This document shows positions 45,815-56,187 of a DNA stretch of 64,000 nucleotides, in pieces. Position 1 is the stretch's first letter, and each line of letters begins with the position of its first letter. The DNA comes from Anaerolineae bacterium (GTDB lineage: Bacteria > Chloroflexota > Anaerolineae > B4-G1 > DUEL01), in the NCBI GenBank assembly GCA_041082215.1, contig JBDOIF010000041.1:62001-126000 (forward strand), given 5' to 3'. The position numbers and the translations under genes were made by a program. The notes under the pieces are model-generated. The model saw nothing but the letters and a program-made list of their open reading frames with translations. It made no database searches and had not been told where the DNA came from.

Positions 45815-46699
45815 CTACAACAGGCCCGCAGCCCGCTTGGCCGAGGTCAGGGTATTCTTCAGGAGCATCGCGATAGTCATCGGGCCCACGCCGCCGGGGA
45901 CGGGGGTGATATAGCCAGCGACCTCTTTGGCCTCTTCAAAGTCCACGTCGCCGACGATGCGATACCCCTGCTTGGCCGAGGGGTCGTCCACCCGGTTGAT
46001 CCCCACATCAATTACCGCCGCGCCAGGCTTGATCCAATCCCCCTTGACCATCCGCGGGCGGCCCACTGCGGCGATCAGGATGTCCGCACGACGGCAGATC
46101 GCAGGCAGGTCCTTGCTGCGGGAGTGGCAGATGGTGATGGAGGCATTCCGGTGCAGCAGGAGCATCGCCACCGGCAGCCCGACGATGTTGCTGCGGCCCA
46201 GCACCACCGCGTCCTTCCCCTCGATCTCGATACCGTATCGGTCCAGCAGCTCGATGCAACCAGCGGGGGTGCAGGGGACGAACATCGGCTTGCGCCCCTT
46301 CATGGCCAGCCGACCGATGTTGATGGGATGGAAGCCGTCCACGTCCTTATCTATGCCGATGGCCGCCAGCACCCGCTCCTCATCCAGATGCCCCGGCAGG
46401 GGGAGCTGGACCAGGATACCGTGGACCTCCGGGTTGGCGTTCAACTCCGCCACCAGCCTCTCCACCTCTTCCTGAGAGGCGTTCTCCGGCAACTCGTGGC
46501 CGAAGGAGCGGATGCCCACCTCGCCGCACTTCTTCTGCTTGGAACGGACGTAGAACTGGGAAGCGGGGTTCTCCCCCACCAGCACCGTCGCCAGCCCGGG
46601 GACGATGCCGTACTTGCTCTTGAGCTCCTCTACCTCGGCCCGGACCTCCTCGTGGATCGCCGCCGCTGTGGCATTGCCGTCAATCAGTTGTGCGCCCAT
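45815..46699 (-). CDS. folD: Methylene-THF dehydrogenase/cyclohydrolase
   Basis: [33 protein letters not shown] and [11 protein letters not shown] motifs. Confidence 0.97.
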   Translation of the reverse strand: MGAQLIDGNATAAAIHEEVRAEVEELKSKYGIVPGLATVLVGENPASQFYVRSKQKKCGEVGIRSFGHELPENASQEEVERLVAELNANPEVHGILVQLPLPGHLDEERVLAAIGIDKDVDGFHPINIGRLAMKGRKPMFVPCTPAGCIELLDRYGIEIEGKDAVVLGRSNIVGLPVAMLLLHRNASITICHSRSKDLPAICRRADILIAAVGRPRMVKGDWIKPGAAVIDVGINRVDDPSAKQGYRIVGDVDFEEAKEVAGYITPVPGGVGPMTIAMLLKNTLTSAKRAAGLL

Positions 46700-46726
46700 T
46701 TTGCCTCCTCAGCAATCTCGAATCCG

Positions 46727-47650
46727 CTACAGCCGCAAGTACGAATCCGTATAGATCACCTTGTTCAGCAGCACCTGCACCGTCTTCCAGACCGCCACCT
46801 GCTCCGGGTCGGACATATCCACATCTTCCGGCTGGAGTTCCTCCATCGCCGCCACCCGGTCGTGGAGCTTGAGAAGCAGGCGGTTGAGGGCTGTGCTCTC
46901 ATCCCGTTCCTCGACCACGCGGATCCACTCCATCAGCTCCTTATCGAGCGGGTCGGCGATGACCATATCAATGCCGGCGCCCATCAGCATCACCATATAG
47001 GTGCGGTTGAGCAACGGGCGCATCTCGTTAGGGACGGCGTTAGAGACGTTGGATAGGCCGCCATTGGTCAACGGTGGGGGATCCCACGCAAACTTCAGCG
47101 TGCGCACTGCCTCGATGCATTCCGGGCAGTACTCCTGACAGCCGGAGACGGTGAGCACCAGGGGGTCAATGATCAGGTCGCCGATAGGGAAGTCAATCTC
47201 CAGCATGCGGGGGATGAGGACCTCCAGAGCGATGTTGACCCGCTCATCCGCCTTGACAGGGATCATCCCCTCCCCCATGGTGAGGGCGATCAGCCGGGTG
47301 TTATACTTCTTGGCCACCAGCGGCACCCGCTCCAGCCGTTCCGGCGCCGCTGAGGTGGAGTTGATGATCGGCTGAGCCTTGGTGACCACCTCGCAGGCCG
47401 CCTCGATCGCCGCCAGGTTGGTGGTGTCGAAACAGAGCGGCACATCCACCACCTGCTGGACGGCCTCGGCCAGCCAGGGCAGGATTTCGTGGCCCTGCTT
47501 CTTTTGAGGGCCGATGTTCAGGTCAACGGCGCTGGCCCCTGCCTCCACCAGCCGCACGGCCAGGTCCTGGAAGAACCGGGCATTCCGTTCCGCGATCGCC
47601 TCCTTCACTTTAGGGGAGATAATGTGAATATTCTCAGCGATAATGTACAT
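46727..47650 (-). CDS. acsE: Methyl-THF:corrinoid Fe-S protein methyltransferase
   Basis: IAENI, DLNIG, DTTN, INS, IDPL and GLSNVS pterin-binding motifs; located in the acs cluster. Confidence 0.88.
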   Translation of the reverse strand: MYIIAENIHIISPKVKEAIAERNARFFQDLAVRLVEAGASAVDLNIGPQKKQGHEILPWLAEAVQQVVDVPLCFDTTNLAAIEAACEVVTKAQPIINSTSAAPERLERVPLVAKKYNTRLIALTMGEGMIPVKADERVNIALEVLIPRMLEIDFPIGDLIIDPLVLTVSGCQEYCPECIEAVRTLKFAWDPPPLTNGGLSNVSNAVPNEMRPLLNRTYMVMLMGAGIDMVIADPLDKELMEWIRVVEERDESTALNRLLLKLHDRVAAMEELQPEDVDMSDPEQVAVWKTVQVLLNKVIYTDSYLRL

Positions 47651-47679
47651 TTCATACCTCCTGTTTCCCACCTCACGTT

Positions 47680-48462
47680 TCACGCCCTGCGCATTACCTG
47701 CTCTGCGATCCCTCTCACAGCCTGATACACCGCTGTATCAGCCGGCAGCTCCACCAGCGGACGGCCCCTGAACTCAAACTCCGCCATTGTCGGGTCTTCC
47801 GGCACCAAACCGATCATCTCCAGGCCGGTCCGGGCGACGGCTTCCGCCAGGGGGGCGGGCAACTCCCCCCGCACCCGATTGACGACCAGATAGGTCGCCC
47901 CCACTGCGATCTGCAATCCCGGCACCATTTTCGCCATCTGCTCCGCGGCGACGATCCCCCGCCGGGTGGGGTCCGTCACCAGGAGCAGGACGTCCACGTC
48001 GCGGGTGGTGCGGCGGCTCAGATGCTCCATTCCCGCCTCGTTGTCAATGACCACATAGTCATACTGCTTTCCCAGCCGGTCCACGATCAGGCGCAGCATC
48101 TGGTTGGCCGCACAATAACAGCCCGGCCCCTCCGGCCGGCCCATCGCCAGAAGGTCCACCCGGTTCCCTTCCACCAGCGCCATCTGCACCTGATAGTCCA
48201 GGTAGTCCTGCTTGCTCATACCGCCGGGCATAGAGCCCGCCAGCGCGCCGCTGGACTGGACCAGGCCCAGCATATCCTCGCGGATATCGCCGACGGTGGT
48301 TTCCACCTCCATCCCCAGGACCAGCGGCAGGTTCATCGCCGGGTCGGCGTCAATGGCCAGCACCGAACCGCCCCGCTCCTCCAGCAGGTAACGGATCAGG
48401 CAGGCCGCGATCGTCGTTTTTCCGGTGCCTCCCTTACCGGCCAGCGCGATGGTAACCGTCAA
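47680..48462 (-). CDS. acsF: CooC/AcsF nickel-insertion ATPase
   Basis: GKGGTGKTT, GRPEGPGCYC and DNEAGMEHLSRRT motifs. Confidence 0.9.
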   Translation of the reverse strand: MTVTIALAGKGGTGKTTIAACLIRYLLEERGGSVLAIDADPAMNLPLVLGMEVETTVGDIREDMLGLVQSSGALAGSMPGGMSKQDYLDYQVQMALVEGNRVDLLAMGRPEGPGCYCAANQMLRLIVDRLGKQYDYVVIDNEAGMEHLSRRTTRDVDVLLLVTDPTRRGIVAAEQMAKMVPGLQIAVGATYLVVNRVRGELPAPLAEAVARTGLEMIGLVPEDPTMAEFEFRGRPLVELPADTAVYQAVRGIAEQVMRRA

Positions 48463-49364
48463 TTCAGACCCTCCCCGTACATCTGACCCGGCCCCAACAC
48501 TTCCGGGAATCGTGTTCGCAACAGGGCCCGCATCTCGTAGCAGAGGTGGCAGGCATCTACATACGCCTCCTGGTGGGGAAGCGCATACCGCCGGGCCAGT
48601 TCCGTCGGCCCTCCAGCCAGGAGCGGCCCGACAATCGGGTGAGACTGCGGGTTGTACGACTCCACGATCTCCACCAGGCTTCGTTCAAACAGGCTGCCCA
48701 TCGTCAGCCCCTGGCAGAGGTGGAGGTTGCCGTAGCAATCCACATGTACCCGCCCGGGGCGATCCAGCCGCTCATGCGGGCACTCTGCGAACTCTCCCCA
48801 GGGCCGCCGCGCCAGACCCTCCACCAGTCTCACAGCGGCTCGCCCCTTGAACATGATCGGGCCGCTCTCCACAGGTTCGCCCGGTTCCTGCACGGGGTAG
48901 CCTGGGGCCCCCTCCGGCACCTGGCAGATGATGGTATCGGAGGGGATGCCCAGTTGCTCCGCCGCCGCCAGCGCATTGCGGGCCTGAGCGCTCACCACCT
49001 CGTCGTAGTGGAACAGATCGGTCGAGACCGTCAGATCGTCCACAAGGCCCGCCAGCGGTCGCAGCCACTCGGCGGCATCTTCGACGGTGGTCGCCCAGTA
49101 GACGTTGCTCAGCAGGCCCACGTGGAAGCCCAGGGCGGCTGCCTCCTGGGCTGCCCGCACCATAACCGGATAGTACAGAAACGGCTCTCCCCCCTCCAGA
49201 TAAATCCACTCCACCGTTCCCAGTTCCCGCGCCTGGCGGTAGATGTCCCGGATCTGCGCCAGCGTCATCGTGCCTTTCTGAGCAGGGCTTCCCCAGACGA
49301 AGCAGTGGTCGCACTCATAGTTACACACGTAGGTCAGGAGGATATGCAGCCCTGTGAGATTCAT
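48459..49364 (-). CDS. Radical SAM protein of unknown function
   Basis: CNYECDHC, GGEP; C-terminal Cys set (C, HLCQG, ACHLC). Confidence 0.85.
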   Translation of the reverse strand: MNLTGLHILLTYVCNYECDHCFVWGSPAQKGTMTLAQIRDIYRQARELGTVEWIYLEGGEPFLYYPVMVRAAQEAAALGFHVGLLSNVYWATTVEDAAEWLRPLAGLVDDLTVSTDLFHYDEVVSAQARNALAAAEQLGIPSDTIICQVPEGAPGYPVQEPGEPVESGPIMFKGRAAVRLVEGLARRPWGEFAECPHERLDRPGRVHVDCYGNLHLCQGLTMGSLFERSLVEIVESYNPQSHPIVGPLLAGGPTELARRYALPHQEAYVDACHLCYEMRALLRTRFPEVLGPGQMYGEGLN

Positions 49365-51268
49365 CCTCCCTCCACCAGCGCCGCCACCGACGGGAACTGG
49401 GCCATATCCGTATGAGGAAGGAAGAGGGCCGCGTTAAATTCGTCGAAGAAGGTGTTGTCGGCGGAAAGCTCCAGATAGGTCATCATCTGCCCGGCCTCGG
49501 CCACCCGCCGACGCATCTCGCGGGAAACCAGCGCGTAGTAAGCCCCCCGCACCGACGTGTTGCCCAGAAAATGAAAGCGGTCATAGGGCATATCGGGCAG
49601 CATGCCGATCTGGATCGCCTTTTCCACGTTGATGTACTGGCCGAAGGCTCCGCCGATGAGCACCCGGCTCACATCCTGCAGGCTCAGCCCCACGCTTCGG
49701 GCCAGGACGGAGAAGCCGGCGTAGATGGCCGCTTTCGCCCGCATCAGGTTATCAATGTCCACCGCTGTGATAGCGATGTCCTCCCCTGTAGCCGTCTCCC
49801 TGCCCCAGGCCACCACATATTCCGGCCCGTGTTCTCCCCTCCGCACCCGATCCGTGGGCAGGTCGAGGTTGATGTTGCCGCTCTTGTCCATCACCCCGGC
49901 GACAAACATCTCCCCCATCAACGAGATCAGGCCGGAGCCGCAGATCCCGCGGGGCCTCTCCCCGCCGATGACCCGATAGGTCGCTTCGTAGGTCTCCGGA
50001 TGGATCCACACCTCCTCGATGGCCCCGGCGGTAGCCCGCATCCCGTGGACCACGCCCGCCCCTTCAAAGGCCGGGCCGGCGGAGCAGGCGCAGGCGATGA
50101 GCCAGGAACAATCCCCCAGCACCATCTCCCCGTTGGTCCCGATGTCCACAAAGAGGGTCAGTTCCCCAGCTTCACACATCCCGGAGCTGACCACCCCGGC
50201 GGTGATGTCGGCCCCCACATAGGAGGCGATGCCGGGCAGGCAATCCACCGTCGCCTCAGGGTTGACTCCCAGGCCGATCTCCCGGGCCGGGAAGGGGGGC
50301 AGGTGGTTGACGACAGGGATGAAGGGCATCAGACGGATGGACTCGGGGGGGATGCCGGCGAAGAGGTGAAGCATGGTCGTATTGCCTGCCACGACGACTT
50401 TGTAGATTTCGCTGGTGGAGATCCCTCGCTCCCGGGCGACCTGCTCCAGAAGCCGATTTAATGTCCCCACCACCAGCCCCTGCAACTCCTGGAGGCCATT
50501 CCCCCTGGAGGCGTAGATGATGCGGGAGATGACGTCCTCGCCACGGGCGATCTGGCCGTTGTAGTCAGCCGCCTGGGCCATCACCTCCCCGCCGATCAGG
50601 TCCACCAGCCAGACCACGTTGCTGGTTGTGCCGATGTCAATGGCCGCCGCCCACAGGCTCTCCTGGCGGTCGCCGGGGAGGACATCCAGGACGCGCGGCG
50701 GCCCCTCGGGCCGATCCCATGTATCCAGCTCCACCACCACCGTGACCGTCCACTCCCCCTCCCGGAGCGCGGGGGCCAGCCTGCGCAGCACAGGCAGGGA
50801 AGCCTGGAGGTCGCGCAGGTTGTAGCGGCGGGCCAGCTCCCGTCGGAGGCGGGACCAGTCGTCGGTCTGATCCTCCAGGGAGGGCGGGGGCAGGGTGACG
50901 ACGAACTTGCGCAGGGGCTGGTCGTGGAGGGTATAGGGGAAGGGAAGCTCGACCCTGGCTGCCCGCTTGCTCTCCTTGATCCGCCGCTCGATCTTCTCCT
51001 GAGGCGGCACAGTGACGACCAGGTCCCCTTCCACCACGGTCTGGCAGGCCAGCGCATAGCCGGCCGCCACATCTTCGGGGGAGATATGGCGTGTGGAGCG
51101 GCGGCGCACCTTCCCTTCTTCGACAATGACGGCGCAGCGGCCGCACCGCCCCTGCCCGCCGCAGGGCATAAGGATTTCCACCCCTGCCTTCTGGGCGGCG
51201 TCGCTCAGGAGGGTACCGGCGGGCACCTCCACCCGCTTATCGGCGGTCCTGAAACAAACGGTGGCCAT
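49361..51268 (-). CDS. acsV: Corrinoid reductive activator (RACo/AcsV; [2Fe-2S] plus ASKHA)
   Basis: CGGQGRCGRC..LACQ, DIGTTS, G.DVISRI, DIGTNGE, AGPAFEG and GICGSG motifs. Confidence 0.93.
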   Translation of the reverse strand: MATVCFRTADKRVEVPAGTLLSDAAQKAGVEILMPCGGQGRCGRCAVIVEEGKVRRRSTRHISPEDVAAGYALACQTVVEGDLVVTVPPQEKIERRIKESKRAARVELPFPYTLHDQPLRKFVVTLPPPSLEDQTDDWSRLRRELARRYNLRDLQASLPVLRRLAPALREGEWTVTVVVELDTWDRPEGPPRVLDVLPGDRQESLWAAAIDIGTTSNVVWLVDLIGGEVMAQAADYNGQIARGEDVISRIIYASRGNGLQELQGLVVGTLNRLLEQVARERGISTSEIYKVVVAGNTTMLHLFAGIPPESIRLMPFIPVVNHLPPFPAREIGLGVNPEATVDCLPGIASYVGADITAGVVSSGMCEAGELTLFVDIGTNGEMVLGDCSWLIACACSAGPAFEGAGVVHGMRATAGAIEEVWIHPETYEATYRVIGGERPRGICGSGLISLMGEMFVAGVMDKSGNINLDLPTDRVRRGEHGPEYVVAWGRETATGEDIAITAVDIDNLMRAKAAIYAGFSVLARSVGLSLQDVSRVLIGGAFGQYINVEKAIQIGMLPDMPYDRFHFLGNTSVRGAYYALVSREMRRRVAEAGQMMTYLELSADNTFFDEFNAALFLPHTDMAQFPSVAALVEGG

Positions 51269-51285
51269 GCGCGTGATGGATTGCC

Positions 51286-51360
51286 TCCCCCTCCTCCCGT
51301 CCCCTCCCCCTCTCCCCGGCGAGGGGAAAGGGGGAGGGGTAAAGAAGGGGGTGGGAGGGT
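51286..51360. repeat. Pyrimidine/purine REP-like hairpin between acsC and acsV
   Basis: cccctccccctctccccggcgaggggaaagggggagggg inverted arms within a longer imperfect hairpin. Confidence 0.55.
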
Positions 51361-52700
51361 CAGGAGGGGCTCCAGAGCTTGAGGAAGCCAGGCAGGTCCA
51401 CTGCCTCGCGCGGCCCGACCAGGATCTCCCAGCCGGGCAGCTCTTCCTCCAGCTCGCCCAGGAGCACCGCCACGTGACCGGGGATAATGAGCTTGCGGTG
51501 GCTGATCTTCTCCTCGATACCGGTTGTCTTCACCGTCTTGGCGATCCGCTCGGCGTCGAACTTGCCCGCAGCCCAGGCAGTGAGGACGCTCATCCCCTCC
51601 GCGTCCGCCACCAGCAGCCATCCGGGCAACCCGCTGCCATCCACCTCATTGGCCACGGAGAAGTAGGTGATGGAGAAATTGGTGGTGACCATAACCGGCG
51701 AATCGGCCTTGGGGCTGTTGATCTCGTAGACGCCCGGCTGCACCTTGATCGGTTCCTGCGGGTTGGTGTAGATATTGGTCCGCCAGGCCAGGAGGGCGTA
51801 GGCCAGGGCCGGTGTGAACCGGTCCAGGACGATGAAGCCGCCGTATTTGGCGATGTGTTGCACCGCCAGTTGGGCCTCCTCGATCCCGTCCGCTGCCCCT
51901 TCGCCGGGGAAGGCGATGAGTGGATACCCCAGCGGGCGGAAGTTCTTTTTCAGGGCCAGCCGGCGCAGTTGGGTGAAGGCCGTCAGGCTCTCCAGCGGCC
52001 CCCGCACGCCGGGGTCGAGGACCATATCCTCCACCCCTGCTCCCTTGATCTTCTCTGTCAGCTCGGCCAGCCCGTCCAGTGTGCTGGCGCGGACAGCGAC
52101 GGGGGCGCCTGTCTGCTTGCCCAACGCGGCAACCGCCTGCCAGTTCTCCTCCGTGGCGGCGTAGAGAAGGGGCCGACCGCCCTTGTCTGCCTCCACCCCT
52201 GCCTTCAGCACCTCGGGGTTCTCTGCCATCAGGATCAACGGACGGTCGGTCACCTCTCGCACCGCCCTGACCGCCCCGGCGAACGTTGTCGCGCTGCCCG
52301 AGGCTGCCTCTACTGCCACGCCGTCGAGGAAGAGGCTCATCCCCACGTACTCAACGGCATACCCCATCGCCGCTTCCGCCGCCGCTCTGACGTTGTCGGA
52401 GTCCTTCACACGGACAAAGAGACCGCACGGGTGATAAAAGGTCTTCTCGTGACGGAAGAGCACGGTCTCGTTACCGACCTCCACCCTATGGCCTGGCCCC
52501 TCGACCGTCACCAGGCGGATGGGCGGCGCGGCCGCGGCCGCAAGCTGCGCCTTTGCTTCTTCGGAGACGTACGGGCAGGCCGCCAGCTCTGCCTGCTTGG
52601 CCGCCAGCTTCATCGCGAAGGCCAGGCAGGTGGGGAAACCGCACTCTTTGCAGTTGGTCTGCGGGAGCAGTTTGTAGATTTGCAATCCGGTGAGTGCCAT
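51360..52700 (-). CDS. acsC: Corrinoid Fe-S protein large subunit
   Basis: LPQTNCKECGFPTCLAFA, FRHEKTF, TTNFSITY, SVLTAWAAGKF and GPREA motifs. Confidence 0.96.
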   Translation of the reverse strand: MALTGLQIYKLLPQTNCKECGFPTCLAFAMKLAAKQAELAACPYVSEEAKAQLAAAAAPPIRLVTVEGPGHRVEVGNETVLFRHEKTFYHPCGLFVRVKDSDNVRAAAEAAMGYAVEYVGMSLFLDGVAVEAASGSATTFAGAVRAVREVTDRPLILMAENPEVLKAGVEADKGGRPLLYAATEENWQAVAALGKQTGAPVAVRASTLDGLAELTEKIKGAGVEDMVLDPGVRGPLESLTAFTQLRRLALKKNFRPLGYPLIAFPGEGAADGIEEAQLAVQHIAKYGGFIVLDRFTPALAYALLAWRTNIYTNPQEPIKVQPGVYEINSPKADSPVMVTTNFSITYFSVANEVDGSGLPGWLLVADAEGMSVLTAWAAGKFDAERIAKTVKTTGIEEKISHRKLIIPGHVAVLLGELEEELPGWEILVGPREAVDLPGFLKLWSPS

Positions 52701-52729
52701 CTTCTCCCTCCTCGCAGGAGAATCCTGCG

Positions 52730-53692
52730 CTACTTCTCCATCAGCCTGCCGATAAATGCCTTGACCCGTTTCACCGTCTCCGGGTGGCGCAGGACAACGA
52801 TGTCGGCCCCCGACTCGATGAGGGAGGTCGCTGTCAGCGTCTCCCAGAGGATGGCGCGCTCCCGCCAGTCACCCCACGACCCCGGCACCCCCTGGCCGAC
52901 CTTGGCCTCCTTCTGTCGCCAGGCCTCGTAGCCCGGAGTGACCAGCATCGGGAACTGGGTCATCTTATCCCCCTGGAGCGCCGCCAGGCGGAGTCGCTCC
53001 ATCACCGAGTAGCCGTACTCGATACCATATCCCAGCCCTGCGGTGGTGGGGTCCATAATGATGCGGTCCAGCGGCAGCCCCATATCGGAGATGAGGATAT
53101 TGAGCTGCTTGGCCAGGTTCACATCCATCGCTGTACGGCCATTCACCAGGTGGCCGTGGGCCAGGGCCGCGGCGACGATGGTGCGGTAGTTTTTCTCCTC
53201 GCAGATGCCAAGCACGATCCGCTCGCCGACCGCCTCTTCTGCCACCGCCACCAGCAGCTCGTTATCGGCATCCACCTGCCCCGGGCCGAAGACCAGGATG
53301 GGCAGGCCGGTGGCCTGCAGCACAGCCCGGGTGACCGCCCGGGCATCCCTGGCGGTGGTGGGAGCCCCTCCATCGCGTGTCAGGCTCAACTGGAGGAGGA
53401 CCAGGTCCGCCCCGGCCTCCTCAGCCGCCCTGGCCCAGGCCGCCGGGTCGCCCACCACACTCCCCCAGGCCTCCAGCAGAAGCGGCGACCAGTCATCGGG
53501 GCGGTGATCGGCGATCTCGATCGCTACCCGGGGGGGATGAGGAATCTCCCCTTCAAAGTGGAGAAAAGGCAACGTCGTCTCGCCGCCAACGACCACAGTC
53601 CGGCTCCGGGTTCCTCCCTCCGCGGGGGTGGCTCCAAGCGTCACCTCCAGCACCCTTCCCGACCATTTCTCTGCGGGTATCTCAACGGTCAT
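52730..53692 (-). CDS. acsD: Corrinoid Fe-S protein small subunit
   Basis: GGETTLPF..FEG, DVNLAKQLN, MDPTTAGLGYGIEY and MERLRLAAL motifs. Confidence 0.95.
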   Translation of the reverse strand: MTVEIPAEKWSGRVLEVTLGATPAEGGTRSRTVVVGGETTLPFLHFEGEIPHPPRVAIEIADHRPDDWSPLLLEAWGSVVGDPAAWARAAEEAGADLVLLQLSLTRDGGAPTTARDARAVTRAVLQATGLPILVFGPGQVDADNELLVAVAEEAVGERIVLGICEEKNYRTIVAAALAHGHLVNGRTAMDVNLAKQLNILISDMGLPLDRIIMDPTTAGLGYGIEYGYSVMERLRLAALQGDKMTQFPMLVTPGYEAWRQKEAKVGQGVPGSWGDWRERAILWETLTATSLIESGADIVVLRHPETVKRVKAFIGRLMEK

Positions 53693-53842
53693 AGGAACAA
53701 CCTCCTCGAATAGATGGGACGGATACGCGCTGGCAGGGCATACCACGAGCAACGGCCCCGGGGCAGCCACCCATAGGGTACGTCACAACGTCGTTTCCGT
53801 CAAGTGACGGCTCTCGCCTCTCCAGCGTGATGTCTCTCCTTG

Positions 53843-53880
53843 AAAGCGGGGGGCCACCGCCCGGCGGCGATGGCCCCCCT
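53843..53880 (-). terminator. Terminator-like or mRNA-stabilising hairpin after acsB
   Basis: GGGGGGCCATCGCC-GCCG-GGCGGTGGCCCCCC followed by GCTTT. Confidence 0.55.
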
Positions 53881-53906
53881 CGCCGCCCTTCAACCAGCGC
53901 CGGCAG

Positions 53907-56171
53907 CTAGAACAGGGACGGCATGGTCAGGGCGGGATGGCCCTTCTCCTCCAGGAACTGGAGCAGCCCTTCCACGTCGGTGCAGATTGTCTCGTCGGCT
54001 ACCTTATCCAGGAAGTCGGGCTCCCCGATCCGCTCGCAGACCTGCCTGAGCTCTTCGGCCATCGTCTGCTTGAGGAAGGAGGACATCCAGACCACCCGCT
54101 TGAAGCCGCCGTCGGCGGAGATGAACTTGGGGCTGGTCAGATAGTACTTACCGACCCCCATGATCCCCGGTGTCTGCAGGCCGCCGCCGGCCATACCGGC
54201 CAGGGTGGAGAAGGTCATCCCGGCAGGGGTCATGCTCGGGTCCTCCCGGCTGACGACCATCACCCCGTTGGCCTCGGGGATGACCATGACGATGCACTCG
54301 AAGCAGCCGCAGGCGGTCATCGGGTTCTCCATAATGGAGTACATCGAGACCGTCTCCACAGTGCCCTGGGAGGCCTGCCGGGCGTACTCGTTGATCCCTG
54401 TGAAGTACCCCCTCTCCGGGTCCAGGCACTGCCCCTTAACGATGGGCTGGTTAGGCCCGGTGGGGTTGATCTCGTAGGAGGCCTTGCAGTCCAGCCAGTT
54501 GTACGCCCCGCACAGCCCCAACCGCTGAGGGCTGACCACACAGACGTGGGTAGGGGCAAAGGACTGGCAGAGGATGCAGGAGTAGAAGGTGTCCACCGCC
54601 TCGTCGGTCAGGTCGGCCAGGCGGCGGTTGCGTCGGTCATAGGCTGCCCGCGCCTTCTCCAGCCACTCGGCATGGAGCTGCGGATCGGTGATGATCTTCA
54701 CCTGCACCTTGTCCACGATAGCGCCGAAGTCAGCGTGGAGCCGGGCGTAGAGGATGTCGCCGAAGTGGCGGAGGTTGAATCCCTTCTCCGCCGCCGCTTT
54801 CGAGATGCGGATCCAGGCGATGTCCCGCTGGCCGATATGCTGGACGCCGTTGGCCCCGTTGACAAAGTAGTGGATCTGCCGTTCCAGCACCGGCTCGAAG
54901 TCCTCCTGCATCTTCCGGCCAGCCACCTCGACCAGGATCCCCAGGTCCATCGCCCCACCCTCTTCGACATTTTCAAAGCCGGGGCCGATGACCTCGATCC
55001 TGCCATCCTCCACCTGGTCCATGGGGACCATCCGCAGGTACTCGAAGGCGCGGCTGTTTTTGCCGCCGAACTCGACCCGCATGTCGGCCCGGCGGACCAC
55101 CTCACCCTCGAAGGCGGAGCCATACGGCACGGGGATGGGGACCTCGGTGATCTTGACTTTGACACCCCGGACCTCGATTGCCCGCTGGACCAGCTTGGCG
55201 GCCTTTTCTGTGTCCGTCTCGGCGTCAATCTCGTTCCACGGCATGGAGATGACGTGCTCGTACTGAGTGACGCCGGTGGGCAGGATCTGGGGGATGACGG
55301 TGTCGGCGATAGTGGGGAAGCCGTAGGAGATGGCCCCCGCGGCGGCGGCGTATTTGAGGTCGTCCACCTCGCCCATCGCCAGGACGAAGGCGAAGACCCG
55401 GTACTTGTTGTAGAGGAGGATTTCCCGCCACTGGCCGGGCTTGAGGCCGCCGAAGGTGAGGGCGGAGCGGGTGGCGAACCCCAGGGCGTAGATAGCGGAG
55501 ATGGTGTCCCGGCCGAAGGGGACGATGTAGGTATCGTACCCCATCTCCACCCCTTCCTCGCGCAACTGGTCAATGATGGAGCGGCCGTTGACGTTGCCGG
55601 AGAGGAAGATCAGGATGTTGCGCCGCTGGAGTTCGCGGATGATAGCGACGGCCGCCTCGTTGCTGGGAGCCGCGCCGACGATGGCGGCGAAGCCTGGCAT
55701 TCGGCCGTCCACCAGCTGGATACCCCAGGAGCGGAGCTGAATGTCGTCTATGGGGCCGTTGAGGTGGCCGCCCTCCAGGCCAGGATAGTCGGTCCCACCG
55801 GCCAGCTCCAGCCCCGGATATAGCTCCGGCTGCTGGCCCAGCGCGAAGCGGACCCCCTCGATCGTCTCCGCCGCCAGGAGCGTCGCCATCCCGCAGTCCA
55901 GCGTCTCCCCCAGGTAGGGAGTCCAGAGCTGCTCATCCGGCAGCGGGTGGAGCAGCTTCTTGGCGTGTTCCACCACCGGCACCAGGTCATCCAGCTTAGT
56001 CACCTGATGGGCCAGCATGCCGTAGATGACCGGCAGGTAGTAAGCGGTGTTGGGGAAGGCGACCGGGGTATCTCCGCCCTTCTCGGCGATGGCCCTGTTC
56101 AGCAGTTGCTCCGCTTCAGCGACCAGGGCGTTCGCCCCACGGATGGCTCGGGTTGCGATATATCGAGACAT
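53907..56171 (-). CDS. acsB: Acetyl-CoA synthase
   Basis: FPNTAYYLP N-domain; A-cluster ligands CILCQSFAPTHVC, LCGA and TACGCFEC. Confidence 0.97.
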   Translation of the reverse strand: MSRYIATRAIRGANALVAEAEQLLNRAIAEKGGDTPVAFPNTAYYLPVIYGMLAHQVTKLDDLVPVVEHAKKLLHPLPDEQLWTPYLGETLDCGMATLLAAETIEGVRFALGQQPELYPGLELAGGTDYPGLEGGHLNGPIDDIQLRSWGIQLVDGRMPGFAAIVGAAPSNEAAVAIIRELQRRNILIFLSGNVNGRSIIDQLREEGVEMGYDTYIVPFGRDTISAIYALGFATRSALTFGGLKPGQWREILLYNKYRVFAFVLAMGEVDDLKYAAAAGAISYGFPTIADTVIPQILPTGVTQYEHVISMPWNEIDAETDTEKAAKLVQRAIEVRGVKVKITEVPIPVPYGSAFEGEVVRRADMRVEFGGKNSRAFEYLRMVPMDQVEDGRIEVIGPGFENVEEGGAMDLGILVEVAGRKMQEDFEPVLERQIHYFVNGANGVQHIGQRDIAWIRISKAAAEKGFNLRHFGDILYARLHADFGAIVDKVQVKIITDPQLHAEWLEKARAAYDRRNRRLADLTDEAVDTFYSCILCQSFAPTHVCVVSPQRLGLCGAYNWLDCKASYEINPTGPNQPIVKGQCLDPERGYFTGINEYARQASQGTVETVSMYSIMENPMTACGCFECIVMVIPEANGVMVVSREDPSMTPAGMTFSTLAGMAGGGLQTPGIMGVGKYYLTSPKFISADGGFKRVVWMSSFLKQTMAEELRQVCERIGEPDFLDKVADETICTDVEGLLQFLEEKGHPALTMPSLF

Positions 56172-56187
56172 CTTCGTTCACCTCCCC

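Noticed and set aside
53693..53900. Known cobalamin/THF/ZTP/NiCo riboswitch, or a small ORF, before acsD
   Set aside because: Consensus elements not found by eye and no convincing start; kept only as a candidate structure
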